From assembly GCA_964270895.1 (NCBI GenBank), contig OZ185439.1: DNA of 64,000 nucleotides; one strand, written 5' to 3'. Under the pieces are notes generated by a model, which saw nothing but the letters and a program-made list of their open reading frames with translations, did no database searches and had not been told where the DNA came from. Shown in pieces: positions 25,696 to 39,540 of the stretch (position 1 is its first letter; each line of letters opens with the position of its first letter). Source of the stretch: Podarcis filfolensis (lineage: Eukaryota). A program made the position numbers and the translations under genes.

Positions 25696-28600
25696 TTATT
25701 TATGCCCTGCCCTCCCCAGCCAAGACCGGGCTCAGGGTGGCTAACACCAGGTAAAAACAATTGATTAAAATACAACTTAAAAACAAGATTAAGTAATCTG
25801 ATGTACAAGAGCATCAAATCAACCACATTTGTGCTCCTTGATTTGGCAGTATGTGACTGAACCCCACCTGAAAATAGCAACGGTCTAGCAGCACCTCAAG
25901 ATCATTTAATAGTTAGTTTTTAAAATGAACAAGGGATGTACTCATGACATTTCACTGAGCCTGGTCCAGACACTGCAGTCAAAAGGTTTCTTAGCAACAA
26001 TTAGGATACAGGTAGGGTTCCCCGCTAGGTCACAACCTGCAGAACCTTCTCATCTCTTGGGTAGAACCACAGCCATTAAACAGGATTCAGCTGTGGCTTT
26101 TCCTGTTTCTCCTCCTAGGCCTCTTACGCACCCTCCACCCCCAGCTGCTGTGTGTCAAAACAAGAGTTTCTCTGGCTGCAGCAGGTGGGGGAAGTGTGAG
26201 CGTGGAAACTGAAGCTGCATCCTCCTTCACAGCTGCAGCAATATTAAAGTAACAAAGGGATTCTCATGGTTGTCGCCTGGCAAGCCTTGATGCACGTAGG
26301 GATGTCGAATCTGGATCTTGATCAGCTAAGCTCACACACTGCAGAAGAACTCCCATTTATGTAAGAACAAAAGAACATCCAAAATGGTGGTTGTTGCATA
26401 TGCTTGTTTGCAGATAAAGTAACTCTTTGCAGGATCCACTTTTACAAAACTCTTGAGAGCCTCCAGCTTGCATAGATTTTCCTGCACATTTTTAAAAATA
26501 CTAACTTTTACAAATCCCAGTATAAACACATCTTTCATTGGAAATTGAGAGTGGTTTAATTTTGCTATCCTTTTTTATTACTTTACCTTGTTGATCTGAC
26601 ACATCTTAGCCCCTATAAAGACCCCCCCCCCATTCTTCAAGGAGCTCTGTTCCTCTTTTGTTGTGCACATAATTTTAAGAGCCTGGAGGTCACCCGCAAC
26701 AGATTTCACCTCTCTGCCTCCTGACTTTGGGGCTCTTATAGCACCTGCCACAGCTTTCCCCAGGGCAGCCATCATTGCTTCTTATTCCAGTTTGTCACTA
26801 AGTACGAGAGAGAGAGAAATCAAGGGGCAGTAGCTGTCATTTGTTCAAACACAACTGTTGCCATGCAACAGTCACAGTGCCACAATTAATGCTTTTCAGA
26901 TTTTGCTCTGCAGTGCAGCTATTTGCATAGCTGGATGCTGAAACATGTCTATTTGCACAGAGCTGTCACTGGCTGGTGTTCTGTTCTCAATTAGTATGTG
27001 TGCACAAATCCCTACATGCACATATACAGTCTGTTTTTTGTTGTTGTTGTTTTGTTTTCTTCTGAAGGATGCACACAGGCTGCTAAAGAACATTTTAAAA
27101 TTTCTGAGCAATGCTGGTGATTTTTAGGGTGGGGGCAGGAGATTAGCTACAATAGCAAACAACAGTAATCTTCAGTTTGTAGGGATTTGGAGGGTTTACC
27201 TGAGAAATGCAGTTCTTGAAGTTCAGGCCATTCAGTTTGGCCCCTATTTGTATAACCACCAAAATATTCTCCTTAACACACAAAACACCCCCCTATTTCC
27301 CACTTCCTTAATATGACCAAAACGGATGCATCTTCCCCAGCTACAGAACAGACTGTTTGGAATCCATCTAACTGAGCTGCTGTATATCCAAATAAGAGGG
27401 GGGAGTGTCCCAATTAATCACCCACTGCCTCCTAAGTTTCCTTTCCATCTCCATTTAGCCCCCTGGTAAATCAGTTTGACAGAGTATAAGTTTACAGGTA
27501 TGTTTTGTACCTCAGAGGCACAAGAAGAAGCAGCAGAACAAAAGTTCAAGGCTAAGTGTTTCTGTTCCTTTCAGATCACTCTAAGCACCACGATTATAGC
27601 TCTGTAAAAAAAACAAGACATAGCTATAAACTTATAAAACCCAGCCCTGGTTTTTTTTTATATACATCAAGAGGGAGACAGTTCTCTCCCTCTCCCTTAT
27701 GCCTTTCAGCAGCCAACTCACAAAAGAGATTATCAGCAGCAGAAGTCCCAGCACCCAGCTGTAGCAGAACATCCTCTCCCCTTCAGACTGAGGGGGCAAC
27801 AGAAACCTCGGTCAGAACATGAAACAGAGTTTGAATTTGTCACAAGATGGACATGGTTTTGAGCCTGGGCTGCAGAGGCTTTAGAAAGGTCAGTGAAGAA
27901 GTGACACATCACCTCTGTGCAGAAACACCCCTTATGAACAGTGACCTCCTCATAGCAACCCAAAAAACACAGGGGGTTAGTTTGAAAAACTGCAGCCCAC
28001 ACCTGGATGGGCTGAGGAAGAAGAAAAACACACTAGTTTCACCCTTAAATGCATTTTCAAAACACCAATAATGTCCTTTATTCCTGAATGAATCTCTTGC
28101 TGATGATTTTAAAAAAAGGGGGAGACCCACTTCAAACTGAATAAAATTTTCCATCAACGTGGTTTTTTTCATGCAGAAAATGCAACAAACAAAACAAACT
28201 AAGGCCAGTTTGTGTTTCCTGTGTTGTTTCAGGCTGGCTAGTTTATGAATCAGAACAACAAAAGCATTGGCCATAATCTGGAACAAGTCTCGTGCTTCCC
28301 CCCATTTGTCACCCAAATGCAGGGTGGTTGGCAGAAATTAGTCTACTCTGAACACACAAGGAAATCTGAGCCAGAAAAAAATAGTTTATGAATCAAGGGG
28401 CCCGTAAAGAGGAGGGGTAGATTTTGTACACAATTCTAAAAAAGCCAAAAACATAGGCAATCAAACCTACAAGTCCCTTGATTTTCTTTGTTTTTGATGA
28501 TGTCTTTTGGATTAATATACTCTATATGGGAGAGCAAGGCAGAATTTTAGCCCTTCAGAGTATGGAATTTTGGAAGTACTATACATTTTTTAAAAGCAAC

Positions 28601-29025
28601 CTTCTTCACTATCTGAATCCAATCAAGTTAGGTAAAGAAGCCTCTGCAACCTATATCAAGGGTACCTGATCTGTGCATTTTATTTCTTTCCAGAACGTTC
28701 TGCTCTCCTTCCCACCCACCCACCCACCCTCACCCACCCACTTTCCCCCATACAACATTTTAATCACCAGCTGTGACGCATCTAACAACCTTCTTGTGGC
28801 TAATTGAAAAACGTTATCATTCAGTCCATCCCTTTTAAACCAGGGGAGATTTATCATGCTGAAACATTAACCCACGTACTGCTTTCATTTCAAGGGCTTT
28901 TCACAATGGTCCTTGCTAATTTTTCTGATTATCAAGGACGTTGGGGAGCTTTTCTTCCTCTCCCCCCCCCCCCGGGTGAATGCATGGTGTTCCTGCCGCT
29001 GATAGTACAAACACCACTCACTCAC

Positions 29026-29061
29026 TTAACAGCTGGGCGTCGTGGCGGCCACCACGGCCAC
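29026..29061 (-). CDS. LCOR: Candidate 36-nt cassette exon of the PALI1 isoform
   Basis: T-rich tract + AAG acceptor, GTGAGT donor, GC-rich island in AT-rich intron, length divisible by 3, open in the required phase-2 frame (G-WPWWPPRRPAV-N). No transcript evidence available. Confidence 0.5.
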   Translation of the reverse strand: MAVVAATTPSC

Positions 29062-30249
29062 CTTTATAAAATAAAAACACAAATAAAAGCGTGCAAACTT
29101 ATGAACTGATGAAAGGCTTTAAACATGAAACTCAAACCCAGAACAAAAATCTTCTAATCTAACAATTCTAGGGCTCTGAGAATGATCTCTGTAGCTAGGA
29201 ATAGAAGCCCCAAGCTACAGAGGGCTACCTGACCCAAGGCCACTTCTATTACATTAAAAGGTTAGTACTGTACAGGTTTATATAAGTCTTGATTTTACTA
29301 CACTCTATGAACAGAAGATACCATTCATTCGCTTAGCACAAGTTCATACATCAAATCCACCGAGTTATCTTAAAAACTTCAGGTGAGGATGTCAACCAAT
29401 CATTAGAAAATGGATGAGCATCTTTAAAACATCACATGATGTCCGTATCCTGTGCAAATAGAAGTTTTTAGGAGAAGATAAATATATGGATAACATAATG
29501 AATTGCTGTTATGTGAGTAAAGCATTTGTTATTTATATAGATTTATATGCTAGCCTCATATTACTTATTATAACCCAGCCTAGAACTATGGCAAACAAAG
29601 CGGATAAGAAATACAAATAAATAAAATCATACAGTAGCTAAGGGTATAATCTGGGGTTCTCAGTGCAAAACAATGGGCAATACAGCACTCTCAGGCACCT
29701 GACTTGGTGCCCCCCAATCCTCCTGCCCTCTTAATTTTTTTTAAATTTAGTTTTTTAGCTTCTTGGAGAATGTTGACTGTGTTTTTTTCTGTGTTTTATT
29801 TGTTTGGGGTGTACAGTGTTATGTCTGTGTTTTTGGGAAGGGGGATTCACAGCATCACCAGTTTTTTCTTGTGTGAAACTGGCACTTTATAGTGGCTACA
29901 ACAGTTTATTCAATTTCCAAACGTGCCCCTTGACAAATAAAAGTTGAGGACTCCTACAAATGCCTTGAGTTGTCTCTCATGATTAAGGCTACCCACTCTA
30001 GACAAAAGGCACCATCAGTGCAGTGGCATAGGAAGGGGGCGCAGTGGGTGTGGGCTGCCCCGAATGTCATCACTGAGGGGGGTGACAAAGTGGCAAAAAT
30101 ATGTGTTTCTGGGTCACTGCTGGGTGTGCCGCAATGCTCAGTTGTGCACATATTGAACGTGTGTAAACGGGGGCTGCCTGTACTGTACACACACAGCCAC
30201 AGCCCCCACCAGTATCTACTTACTTCTGCATAGAATAGAATCTTAAGAC

Positions 30250-31060
30250 CACTGCCATGGTTGCCAGTTCATTTCTGGGCCCAATTCAATGTGTTCATGT
30301 TAGTGTTTAAAACTGTAAACGACACAGGCCCCAATTTTCTGAAAGACTGCCTCATTCCCTATAGACCATGGGTAGGCCAACTAAAGCCTGCGGGCCAGAT
30401 CAGGCCCAACTGCCTTCTGGATCCGGCTCGCGGACGGTCTGGGAATCGCCGCATGGATTGCCAGCACGTGTGTTCTTTCCCTCTTCCTCTCATGGTGGTG
30501 CCGGCAGCGCCTCCTCCCTCTCTCCTCCTGGCTTCTCCCCACCCTGCCTAGAGGAGGAAGGGGGCTGGGCTTTGTTGGTGACAGCAGCAGCAGCGCTTGA
30601 GTGGCTGCAATTTTAAGCAGCCCCTCTCCGGAGCCCTTTGGCGCGCTGCTCATCGGCCACCAGCCCCTGCCGCTCACAAGACACAGGTAAGCAGCCACCG
30701 GGGCTCGTGGTGCTCTTGCATCATCCCCCCCCAAAAAATATAGTCCAGCCCCCCACAAGGTCTGAGGGACAGTGGACCGGCCCCCTGCTGAAAAAGTTTG
30801 CTGACCCCTGACATAGACCGTCTCAGGTGCTGCAACTGGTGGGTGGTGTGGCAGCCTCAGAGAGGACCTTCTCTGTGGTGGCCCCTAAGTACTTCTTCCC
30901 CACAGAGGTGTGTCTGGCACCTCTTTACCCTGACTTTTGACACTTGAGGTGTATATCTTAAGATGGACCTTATTTTGTCATTTTAAGTTGTCTTAAACCA
31001 TTTTTAATATGCTTTAAATGTTTTAACCCACCCTGGGACCTTAGATGAAGTGCAAGAATC
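30250..31060 (+). mobile_element. Degenerate L2-clade LINE 3' fragment interrupted by the hAT element
   Basis: (W)LPVHFWAQFNVFMLVFKTVNDTGPNFLKDCLIPY matches the L2 ORF2 C-terminal motif; the sequence resumes after the TSD and ends in an L2-like tail. Boundaries approximate. Confidence 0.65.
30367..30810. mobile_element. hAT-type non-autonomous element
   Basis: TIRs CATGGGTAGGCCAACT / CAGGGGTCAGCAAACT (reverse complement of right end); 8-bp TSD ctatagac / acatagac. Confidence 0.8.
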
Positions 31061-31390
31061 CATCCATCCATGAGAGTACCAGTAGACAGGACTGCAGCAG
31101 AACCAAACAGGACAGAGTTCTGCTTTCTTTCACAAATTGAAACCGGTGCCAATAGGGGCTAATGGAATCCTTATTACTGGGACTATGCTAGAGATGACTG
31201 AATTCTCTCAGAGAAAAATGCACTATTCAAATCTCGGCCTGGAAATTAGCACCGTTTTCAGTGTTGTGTTGCTGAGTAAATTTGATGTTAAAGTTTATTT
31301 ACATGCCTGAAACCTCACGATGCTATTTCAAAAGGATTGTGAGTGTGTGCATGTGAGTAAAACTAAAGGATTAAAGACAAAGTTATAATA

Positions 31391-31750
31391 GGGACACGGG
31401 TGGCACTGTGGGTAAAAGCCTCAGCGCCTAGGACTTGCCGATCGCATGGTCGGCGGTTCGAAAACCCGTGGCAGGGTGCGCTCCCGTGGCTCGGTCCCAG
31501 CGTCTGCCAACCTAGCAGTTCGAAAGCACCCCCGGGTGCAAGTAGATAAATAGGGACCGCTTACCAGCGGGAAGGTAAACGGCGTTCCGTGTGCTGCGCT
31601 GGCTCGCCAGATGCAGCTTGTCACGCTGGCCACGTGACCCGGAAGTGTCTGCGGACAGCGCTGGCTCCCGGCCTATAGAGTGAGATGAGCGCACAACCCT
31701 AGAGTCTGGCAAGACTGGCCCATACGGGCAGGGGTACCTTTACCTTTACC
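31391..31750 (+). mobile_element. Sauria SINE, full length
   Basis: Closely similar to the copy at 3052; ACCTTT tail; TSD ttataata at 31383-31390 and 31751-31758. Confidence 0.92.
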
Positions 31751-34700
31751 TTATAATAAAAGGGAAAAGTCACAGCAAGGTGCCTTAGCCAAAGGTAACA
31801 GCATGGCATGAAAATCATGCAGAGCCCTCCCTCCTCAGTTGACAGGGCAGTGAGGAAGGGAAATCCAGCCTTGACTTACCACCTGTATTGTTATGTTGAA
31901 AGAGTTTCTATACTGCTGTGCGATGAATTGAATGCAAATTATGCTCCTTGCAGCAGATAGAAGGGTGGGGGGGAGCATAGAAGTTGTTTTTTGCTACCTG
32001 AAATAATAGCCACCTGAATTTTCTACTGCCTGTATTGCTCTTCCCCCTCTTCTCACCCACAGCACAGGAAGCTTTGCTAGTGAAATGAGCTGTTGTTGGG
32101 TCTTAAACTATTTCCAATTAGTTGACTCAAATATCTGGAGTCTACAGGCAAACACAGAGCTTAGCAATACAGTGAACAGAATGAAGTGCTGCCAGTTACA
32201 ACTCTTGTTATGCAGAAATAAGTAGCTATAAGCATTTTTAACAAAATCACATTATTTGGGCTCGTATACAGGCATTTCAGGCATAGGCAGTACTAGGCCT
32301 GCTGTCAGGCTAGTTATTAATACTAACATCAAATCTTCAGCCTATGTGGCATATGAATCACAAAAGAAAATGGCTCCTCTGCTTGTTCTGCAGCCGGCAG
32401 CACCAACTGCTCCCACGCATGACTCACTAATAACAGCACACATATTGGGAAGTGAAATCCCACTAAACTCAGACTTCCTTCCCAGTAAAGGTGTTTAGAT
32501 TCAGGCTGCTACTATCAGCACCTGCAGCTAAACCTATCGTGAGGGCTGCTACATTGAAAGGATTGGAAGGTTGGCATTCAAACAGAAATCCACTGGGCAA
32601 AGATTTTTTTTTTCCAAAATCCCATTCGATTCGCAAATAATAATTTTAAAAAATCAATGAATTGTTTGGTGATCCAAGGACGTTGGAGGATGTTTGTGCA
32701 GGCAAACATGTTTCTTGCTTATTCTGACCAAAACAGAAAGGATGAATTGTACACCACATCTCTTGGTTCAGTCCCACTTTCTAACTGGGTTCACTGCTGA
32801 TTCGATAAGCTTGAAAGAAAACAGCCTAATTAACGCAGGGATGGATCCAGACTTCACTCCTGTTGACGTGCACATCCTCTGAGCAGAGTCCCACATCAGA
32901 GAACACTTTCTCTAGCAGAGTAACTTCTGCAGATTCCCTCTCCCTCTGCAGTCCCCAGTGCCACTGCCTACACTCTGCCGGAGTACTGGGGGGTACTCCA
33001 GAACAACATGGGAAGTGGTACTGGGAGCTCCAGGCGATGGAGAAATCTGCAAAGTTGGTTCATCTCATCCACCAGTAGGATCCCTCTGCTGAATTAAAAC
33101 CCTTCCATGGATTGAGTCAGTCTCTCCGTGAACAGAAGTTAAAGACAAATTTGCCTATTCCTAGTATGGATTACTTAGCTAAAATACAGTGTATAGATAA
33201 TTAATTGCACCTGGTCCACCCAGGCTTTAAGTGTACTGTAGCAGCTTTTACCTATATGGATGCCCATATACATGGAAAGTCTGGCATTCCCCAGATGTGT
33301 ATTCAAAGGCACATACTAGCATATTTTTGCTTCCAAAATTCAGACTATTCCTGCAGTAAAGATGGGTAGAAGATCAGAATTTCATCCAGCAATTGAGAGC
33401 ACAGATTGTTGCCAAAGTAGGTCAGTTTACTTGAACACTAATTGGTCAGAACTTCCCAGGAAGCAAGTGCCCCCCCCATGTTATTTAGTTGAAAGGTAGA
33501 GGTGTTGCCAGTTCTTGTGCATTTGCTCTTGTGCATCTGGGAAACAACCTGCCCAGACAACCCTCCTGAAAAGAGTCTAAGGCTGTGGGAGAGGAATCAG
33601 TAGGTTTCCAATCCCTCTCCTAAAACAAAGTTTGGGAAGGGAAGAAAAGAATACTATGCTTCCAGGTGTTAAGTTAAATGTTTAGGTAAAAGGAAGAATG
33701 TCCTTACTCCCCCCCCCAAAAAAAAATCATGGGGTGCCACCATGTTTAGTTAGGGCAATAGGGCAGACCACCCAATTTCAAAAGCAACTTACACCACCAC
33801 ATTGGATCTGTGACGGACCGAAGGTTTGAGAGAGAGGTGAATTAGTAAAGGACTATGTGTAGTAAATGCATATGGGGAATAGATCGGCAAAAGAACTCTA
33901 CTCCAACTTGACAGATCTTTAACACCTATATATAAACCACAATTCCCAAGATTCTGTGGCATTCTAATGTCACATTGAGAACAAAACTCTGGATGAGGAC
34001 AGGCAAAGGGAAGGAGGGGTAGCTTTAGTTCTCAAAAGACTTTCATTGTATTTTGTGAGACAAACTAAATGGTCTACAGTCTGGAACACCGTCAAGAATA
34101 GATAGGCAACAGCAGGCTTAGCTCTCATGCCACTACTGGGCCCCAAGTAGTTCCCTTTAATTTCTCCTATATAAGTAAATATTGGATGTTCATTGAGAAG
34201 GAGGGAAATAAAACATTAAGACTTCTAGCCAGCTTTGCAGTGCAGGCAAAACCTTTCACCCCGGCAATAATAACCTAGTCTCTACTGATACAGAATTGTG
34301 GGTGACACCGGGTTGCAATATACAGCTGCTGCCTACGTACAAGAGAACACACTATAATGATGAACATTCTGCAAGTAATTCATAATTTGCAAAGTGTCTA
34401 TTAGGGACAGACAGAAGAAATTGTAGGGAGTTGGGATAAGTAATATTATTATGCAGAAACATTATGCCTCTATGCAGCTACACTATGGAAAATGTGATAC
34501 CCAGCAGAGGCAAGTCTTTTTGACCCTATAACAGTGTACGACTGACCATGTATAATCAGAAGTAGGTCCTATTGAATTCAACAGGGCTGACTCTCAGGGA
34601 GTAATCTTAGGACTGCAGCCTTAGTTTCTCAGAGGAAGCAATTCCCCTCCTCTCACAATGGACTAGTCAATTAAAAGTCCACTTATGATGGCCCATAGAA

Positions 34701-35963
34701 TTTAAAGAGAGTTGTTGAAAATGAAGCCTCTTTCTGTCCACATAGCCTTGCCCTTGGTTGTGTTTGTTGCTGATGGAAAGTGTGTGACAATGGAGGATCC
34801 CAAAAACTTGCACATATGTAATGACTTGAGAACTCAGCAAACTACACAGCTGAGGTAGTTAAGAGGGCATATTAATAGGAATATGAGATTAGAAGGAAAG
34901 TGCTGTAAATGAATCATCCTGAGTGAAATATAGGATGGTGGAAAGGTTGTTTATAAAAAGTACAGGCATCACTAATATGGCCTTCTATCCAGCAGCCGCC
35001 GAAAACTATAGATCTACTTCTTTGACTGACTGGGGGGAGACAAAACTATGTAGAAAGGCCCTATAACACTAATTTCAAATCAATGCCTAGTGGCAGCATT
35101 GTGCTACACGTAAGCCATATGCAAAAGGAATTAACTTTTTATCCAGATATGTACTGTGTTGCTCAAGACTTTTGTCTTGCCCATATAAATTAAAGGCTGT
35201 TAGCAATTACAATTACAACATTTCACAGTGTCTGTGGTTAGATTCAGATATTCATTTTTGAAAGAATGTAGCAAACACAAGTTCACACATTATTTTCATA
35301 TTTTCATAATTTCTTCTGAACATGCTCCCATGGGGCAGGTCTGAGATTTATCATACCTCAGATACAATGAAAACATACTGTATCTAGTAATAATACCTCA
35401 CTACACTGAAAAGAGCATTCGGAAGAACCACAAGGAAGTGAAAGGTAAAAGACACCTTGTGGTGACATTTCCTCATTTGGTACAATTTATTTTTAAATCT
35501 TGCATCCCAGTTCTATATAGGAGCTTCAAAAGAGCTAAGAATAAAAAAGATAAAACAATTCAATTTAATCAATTCATGTAAAAAGTTAACTCAACTACTA
35601 AAACTGATACAATAACAGTTTAGATGAATCAAAACCATAATATTGGAGTATGTCATTGGATAGTGCTATGTTGCTAGATAATAAACCTACACATCAGCTA
35701 ATTATTAAAAGGTGGCCGAAGGAGGGAACTGAAAATGTGGCTGAGAGGCAGTTACTGCATGACAAGAGTACATTTTTACATTCATGAGCATCTGCTCTGC
35801 TACTCAAATACAAAACACAGCTTTATTTGTATATATAAAACATATATCGACCCACCCTGGTACTCCACTGAAAGAAAGCATCACAAGGAAACAGAACCAT
35901 AGATATTTTAAAAAGACACTTTAGAAACCAGCGCTTTGAACCATTCAAGTTTTCACAACAAAA

Positions 35964-35969
35964 TTTATT
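35964..35969 (-). terminator. Candidate polyadenylation signal of the LCoR (HTH) isoform
   Basis: AATAAA on - strand followed by U/GU-rich sequence, about 8.8 kb after the stop; second candidate at 35822-35827. Confidence 0.5.
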
Positions 35970-38900
35970 AGAAGAATAGTGGTTCTGAAAAGTCTAGCAT
36001 CCAGTGAAAACTACCATACACGTTACAGCTGGGAATGTGTTTTCAAAATGACATGGCCAAAGAATACAACAGGGCTGTTAAACCCTTACACATGCACAAC
36101 GAGAGAATCAGCGCTTTTGACATACAATGCAAAAAAAAAAAAGTGGACCACGTGAATTAAAAATTTATAAGTACTTATCACATACATTAAGACACAGCTT
36201 ATTTAGTCCAGTCAAAAAATCAGAACTGCATTAAAAATTAAATGTAGTGCAATCAAACCAAAACCTTAATTTGTGATCATAAGTGCTCTACTACATAAAA
36301 TGTTGATCATAGCAAGGAACAAAAAAGTTCAAATCACACAGTACAAAAAAAATCTGTAAATAAATACAAACTACAGTACAAGAGAAATATTAAATTATAC
36401 AATTCCGTCAAACTGTAAACAGTATATTGAAATGAGGTCCATAGATTAAAAAGGGGGTTCCTGCTTTATTTTTCCATGACACTTGTACTTTTAGAGGTCT
36501 GTGAAAAATGCCATTTTTCCATACTCTACATAAATAGAACTTTCTAAGGTGTAAAGCATCAAATAATAAAGCAGAGGCATTGCTGACGCACAGTTACGGT
36601 GAAATTAATGCTGGTGCGAGCAGCAGGCTTTATTTTAATGTGTTACACACATGCTCAGCAAACAGACCCACCACTACAGGCGTGAAATGCCAACACACTC
36701 ACAATTAGTGCGCGGCACAAGAGGTGACACGCCCGACAAGGAGCATAAAGGTAGGCGCGATCATGTGCTCCCGCAATCTATGTGCTGCTGCTGATTATTT
36801 GAAAGTTTTACACTCTTGCCATAAAACACCAACTTTGGCAGAAGGGTTACTAATAAACTCAAGCCCATCTGGCCCATTGGCTTCCATCACAGTGGCCAGT
36901 GCACAGAATTCCTAGAGACATTGCATAACTAGAATGTAGAGGTCAGACACCCAAGGGCCAGGGCTCAAGTTTAGAAGTACCTGGGATGAAGGAGAAACCA
37001 CAGCCGTACTGAGAAGCTGCCCCTGTTCCATTTACAGGGACAGCCAGGAATGTATTTGACATTAGCTGTGCTGGCTTGGTAGTGGCATTTTTAAATATAT
37101 ACGTTTAAGATTACATATATAATATATATGTATATAACATAATACACATACTATATATAGAAATTTCTTACAATACATAATTATCAGGAACCCCCATGCG
37201 ATCTTGCTCAGTAGTAATAACTGAATATACAGAATGCCACTACGTGTCTGAGGCACTGCGTGCTGGAGAGTAATATGCAGCTTTAAAATCCGTTTGGCTG
37301 AGTTATACCTGGATACCTGAACTGAGTTTAAGTTGACATTCATCAAGGATGTGCTATTAGCACATCAAAAGAAAAGCAAAAACAAAATACAAGTCACTGC
37401 TAGGTTTAAGAATAGTGTACAAGTACCTGAATTGAGTGAGGGTAGTGTGTAAACTGTCCCTGAGGGTTTTCAAACAGTGTGTGTACAAGCTGGAATCCTA
37501 AGCACGTTAGTTTATAACTTACACTGTGGACTGATAAAATACCAACATTTGACAATTTAACAAGTGGAGGTTAGAAAGAGTTATGAGCAAACACTCAAAA
37601 CATATTTATACATGTTTAAGCAGCAGTAAGCTGCTGTAAGCAAAAATCCCATGGATATAACCACCCAATGGGACTCTGAGAGGCTGCAGTCTGTAATCTG
37701 TTTTTCTGATGCTAGGGCATATGACAGCCGCCATCTACCCTCTCTCAACAAGTAAAGAAGTTTCACCTGCTAATGTAGAATGCACCTAGTTACAGACTAG
37801 CAATTCAAGATTAGATTTTTAATCAAAGACTTTCCTATTACATACTAAAATCCCTTAAGATCACTAATGCTGGTATGCTAATCTAGTTAGTTTTTTAATT
37901 TCCCCCTTCATTTAAGAAATATACCATTCGACAACTTAAACATTAAGATCCATTTTCAGTCCTCTGATGTAAAAAGCATGTCAGTGAATTTATATTAAAA
38001 ATTTACATGGTAAAAAGGCTTGAATTTCAGCCAAAGATTCTAAATACTGCTCATTCCCTGAAGACAAAAGGGAGAGAGAATCCCTACCCATTTTCCTAGT
38101 GATATACTTTCAAACTGAGCACTACACAATGGTCTAAAACTATTCTTTACCTAGCCTCCCCCATTTAGATCCCAAACCTTAAAGCCCTGAAATGGTCTAC
38201 TGAAATGTTTAATTAAAATATCATGCGTGTACACCCAGAAGCTGCCTGAACATTATAAAATTCCTGGACTGAAACTTTTACAGTACCTTAGACTCTGAAG
38301 ACCAGATAAATTAAGACTCTAGTTGTAACAGTAAAAGTGCTGAAAGGTCCCTTTTCTGTCTTTTTTTAAAAAAAACAACAACAGGTCAGACAAGTGCTTT
38401 AATGGTCTATCTATCTTTCTATCAAGTCTGTAAAGGTCTGATGAGTGTAGCACCAAACGTGAGGTACATTAGAGGCTGAAGTGGCATGTCGACAATTTTA
38501 GAGTGGGAGAGGAAATACCAAAGACGCAATGTATTTATTGTATAAAGAAACGGAACATCTAATTTTCTAAGGATTTTTTTTTTAAAAAACCACCTTTGTA
38601 TTAAAGGTGTATAAAAACAGATTGTGCAATCAGTTTAATAATTTGAGAATTTTATAATGAATGTTCTCAGGCCATTACCTAATTACAGGTAATTTTGCAG
38701 GCTTGAAAATATTACTGACTTATACAAACTCTGACTAAATCAAATCTAGATATCTGTCAGAAAGATGCTGCAGTGGCCAACAACTTGAGTTTTTCTTTCT
38801 CTGGTATTTTGAGTGCATCTGTGGATTATTTTAGGTGCCTACATTGATTCATCCACAAATTTGCAAAAGTAACAATACAATACTTGTTACATCCAATTAA

Positions 38901-39540
38901 ACTGTATCTGCATAATTTGAGACTTCAACGAAAGCTTGCTCACTTGCAAAATTTCAGTTTATGACTAGATATTCTATGGTGTATTTCCAAGGAGGTTGCC
39001 AAGTTCTACGTTTGAGAACTCCATAAGGCTAAAGGGCCAAAAGACGCACATCTCCAAATCCTTCCCTCTCTTCCAAGCCCTAGGTCAGTCCCAGAAACTG
39101 GTCAGTCTGCAGCTCCTTCCTTCTGCCTACCAGCCCATGATGTCAGAGGCCCAAATATCTACCACTGCATTCTTCTCTTTGTCTCCTTTGGGCCTAATTT
39201 GAAGCTGCAAGTTTTTGATGGAAGGAGTGAACAGAAAATCTCTATCTCTAGTACACCAAATTCTCCATCAGTGATTTTCTGTTCACAATCTTGAACTGCC
39301 CAGTAGTTGCATATGCTTCATAAACCAATTTGGCAAACCCTGGTATACACCACGACAATTTACCAAACTGTTCACTTATCAAAAACTCGGAAATTTTGTT
39401 TGATGGAGCACAGATATAATGACCACATTTGGGCATAATGTTAAACTATGGTTTAGTATTATGCGAATGAGCCTCGCCTCCTGCCGGGCTCATGTATTTC
39501 CTCTCTTCATTCCTAATGCACAGCAGGGAAGAATTTGAAA

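Noticed and set aside
25546-25880. Poly-Asn and poly-Leu ORFs
   Set aside because: Translations of the (AAT)15 microsatellite.
32560-33100. Complex repeat-free segment that looked like a - strand exon
   Set aside because: Acceptors have poor pyrimidine tracts, the phase-2 frame stops after about 40 codons, and no convincing donor or poly(A) signal. It could still be a regulatory element, which needs alignment data.
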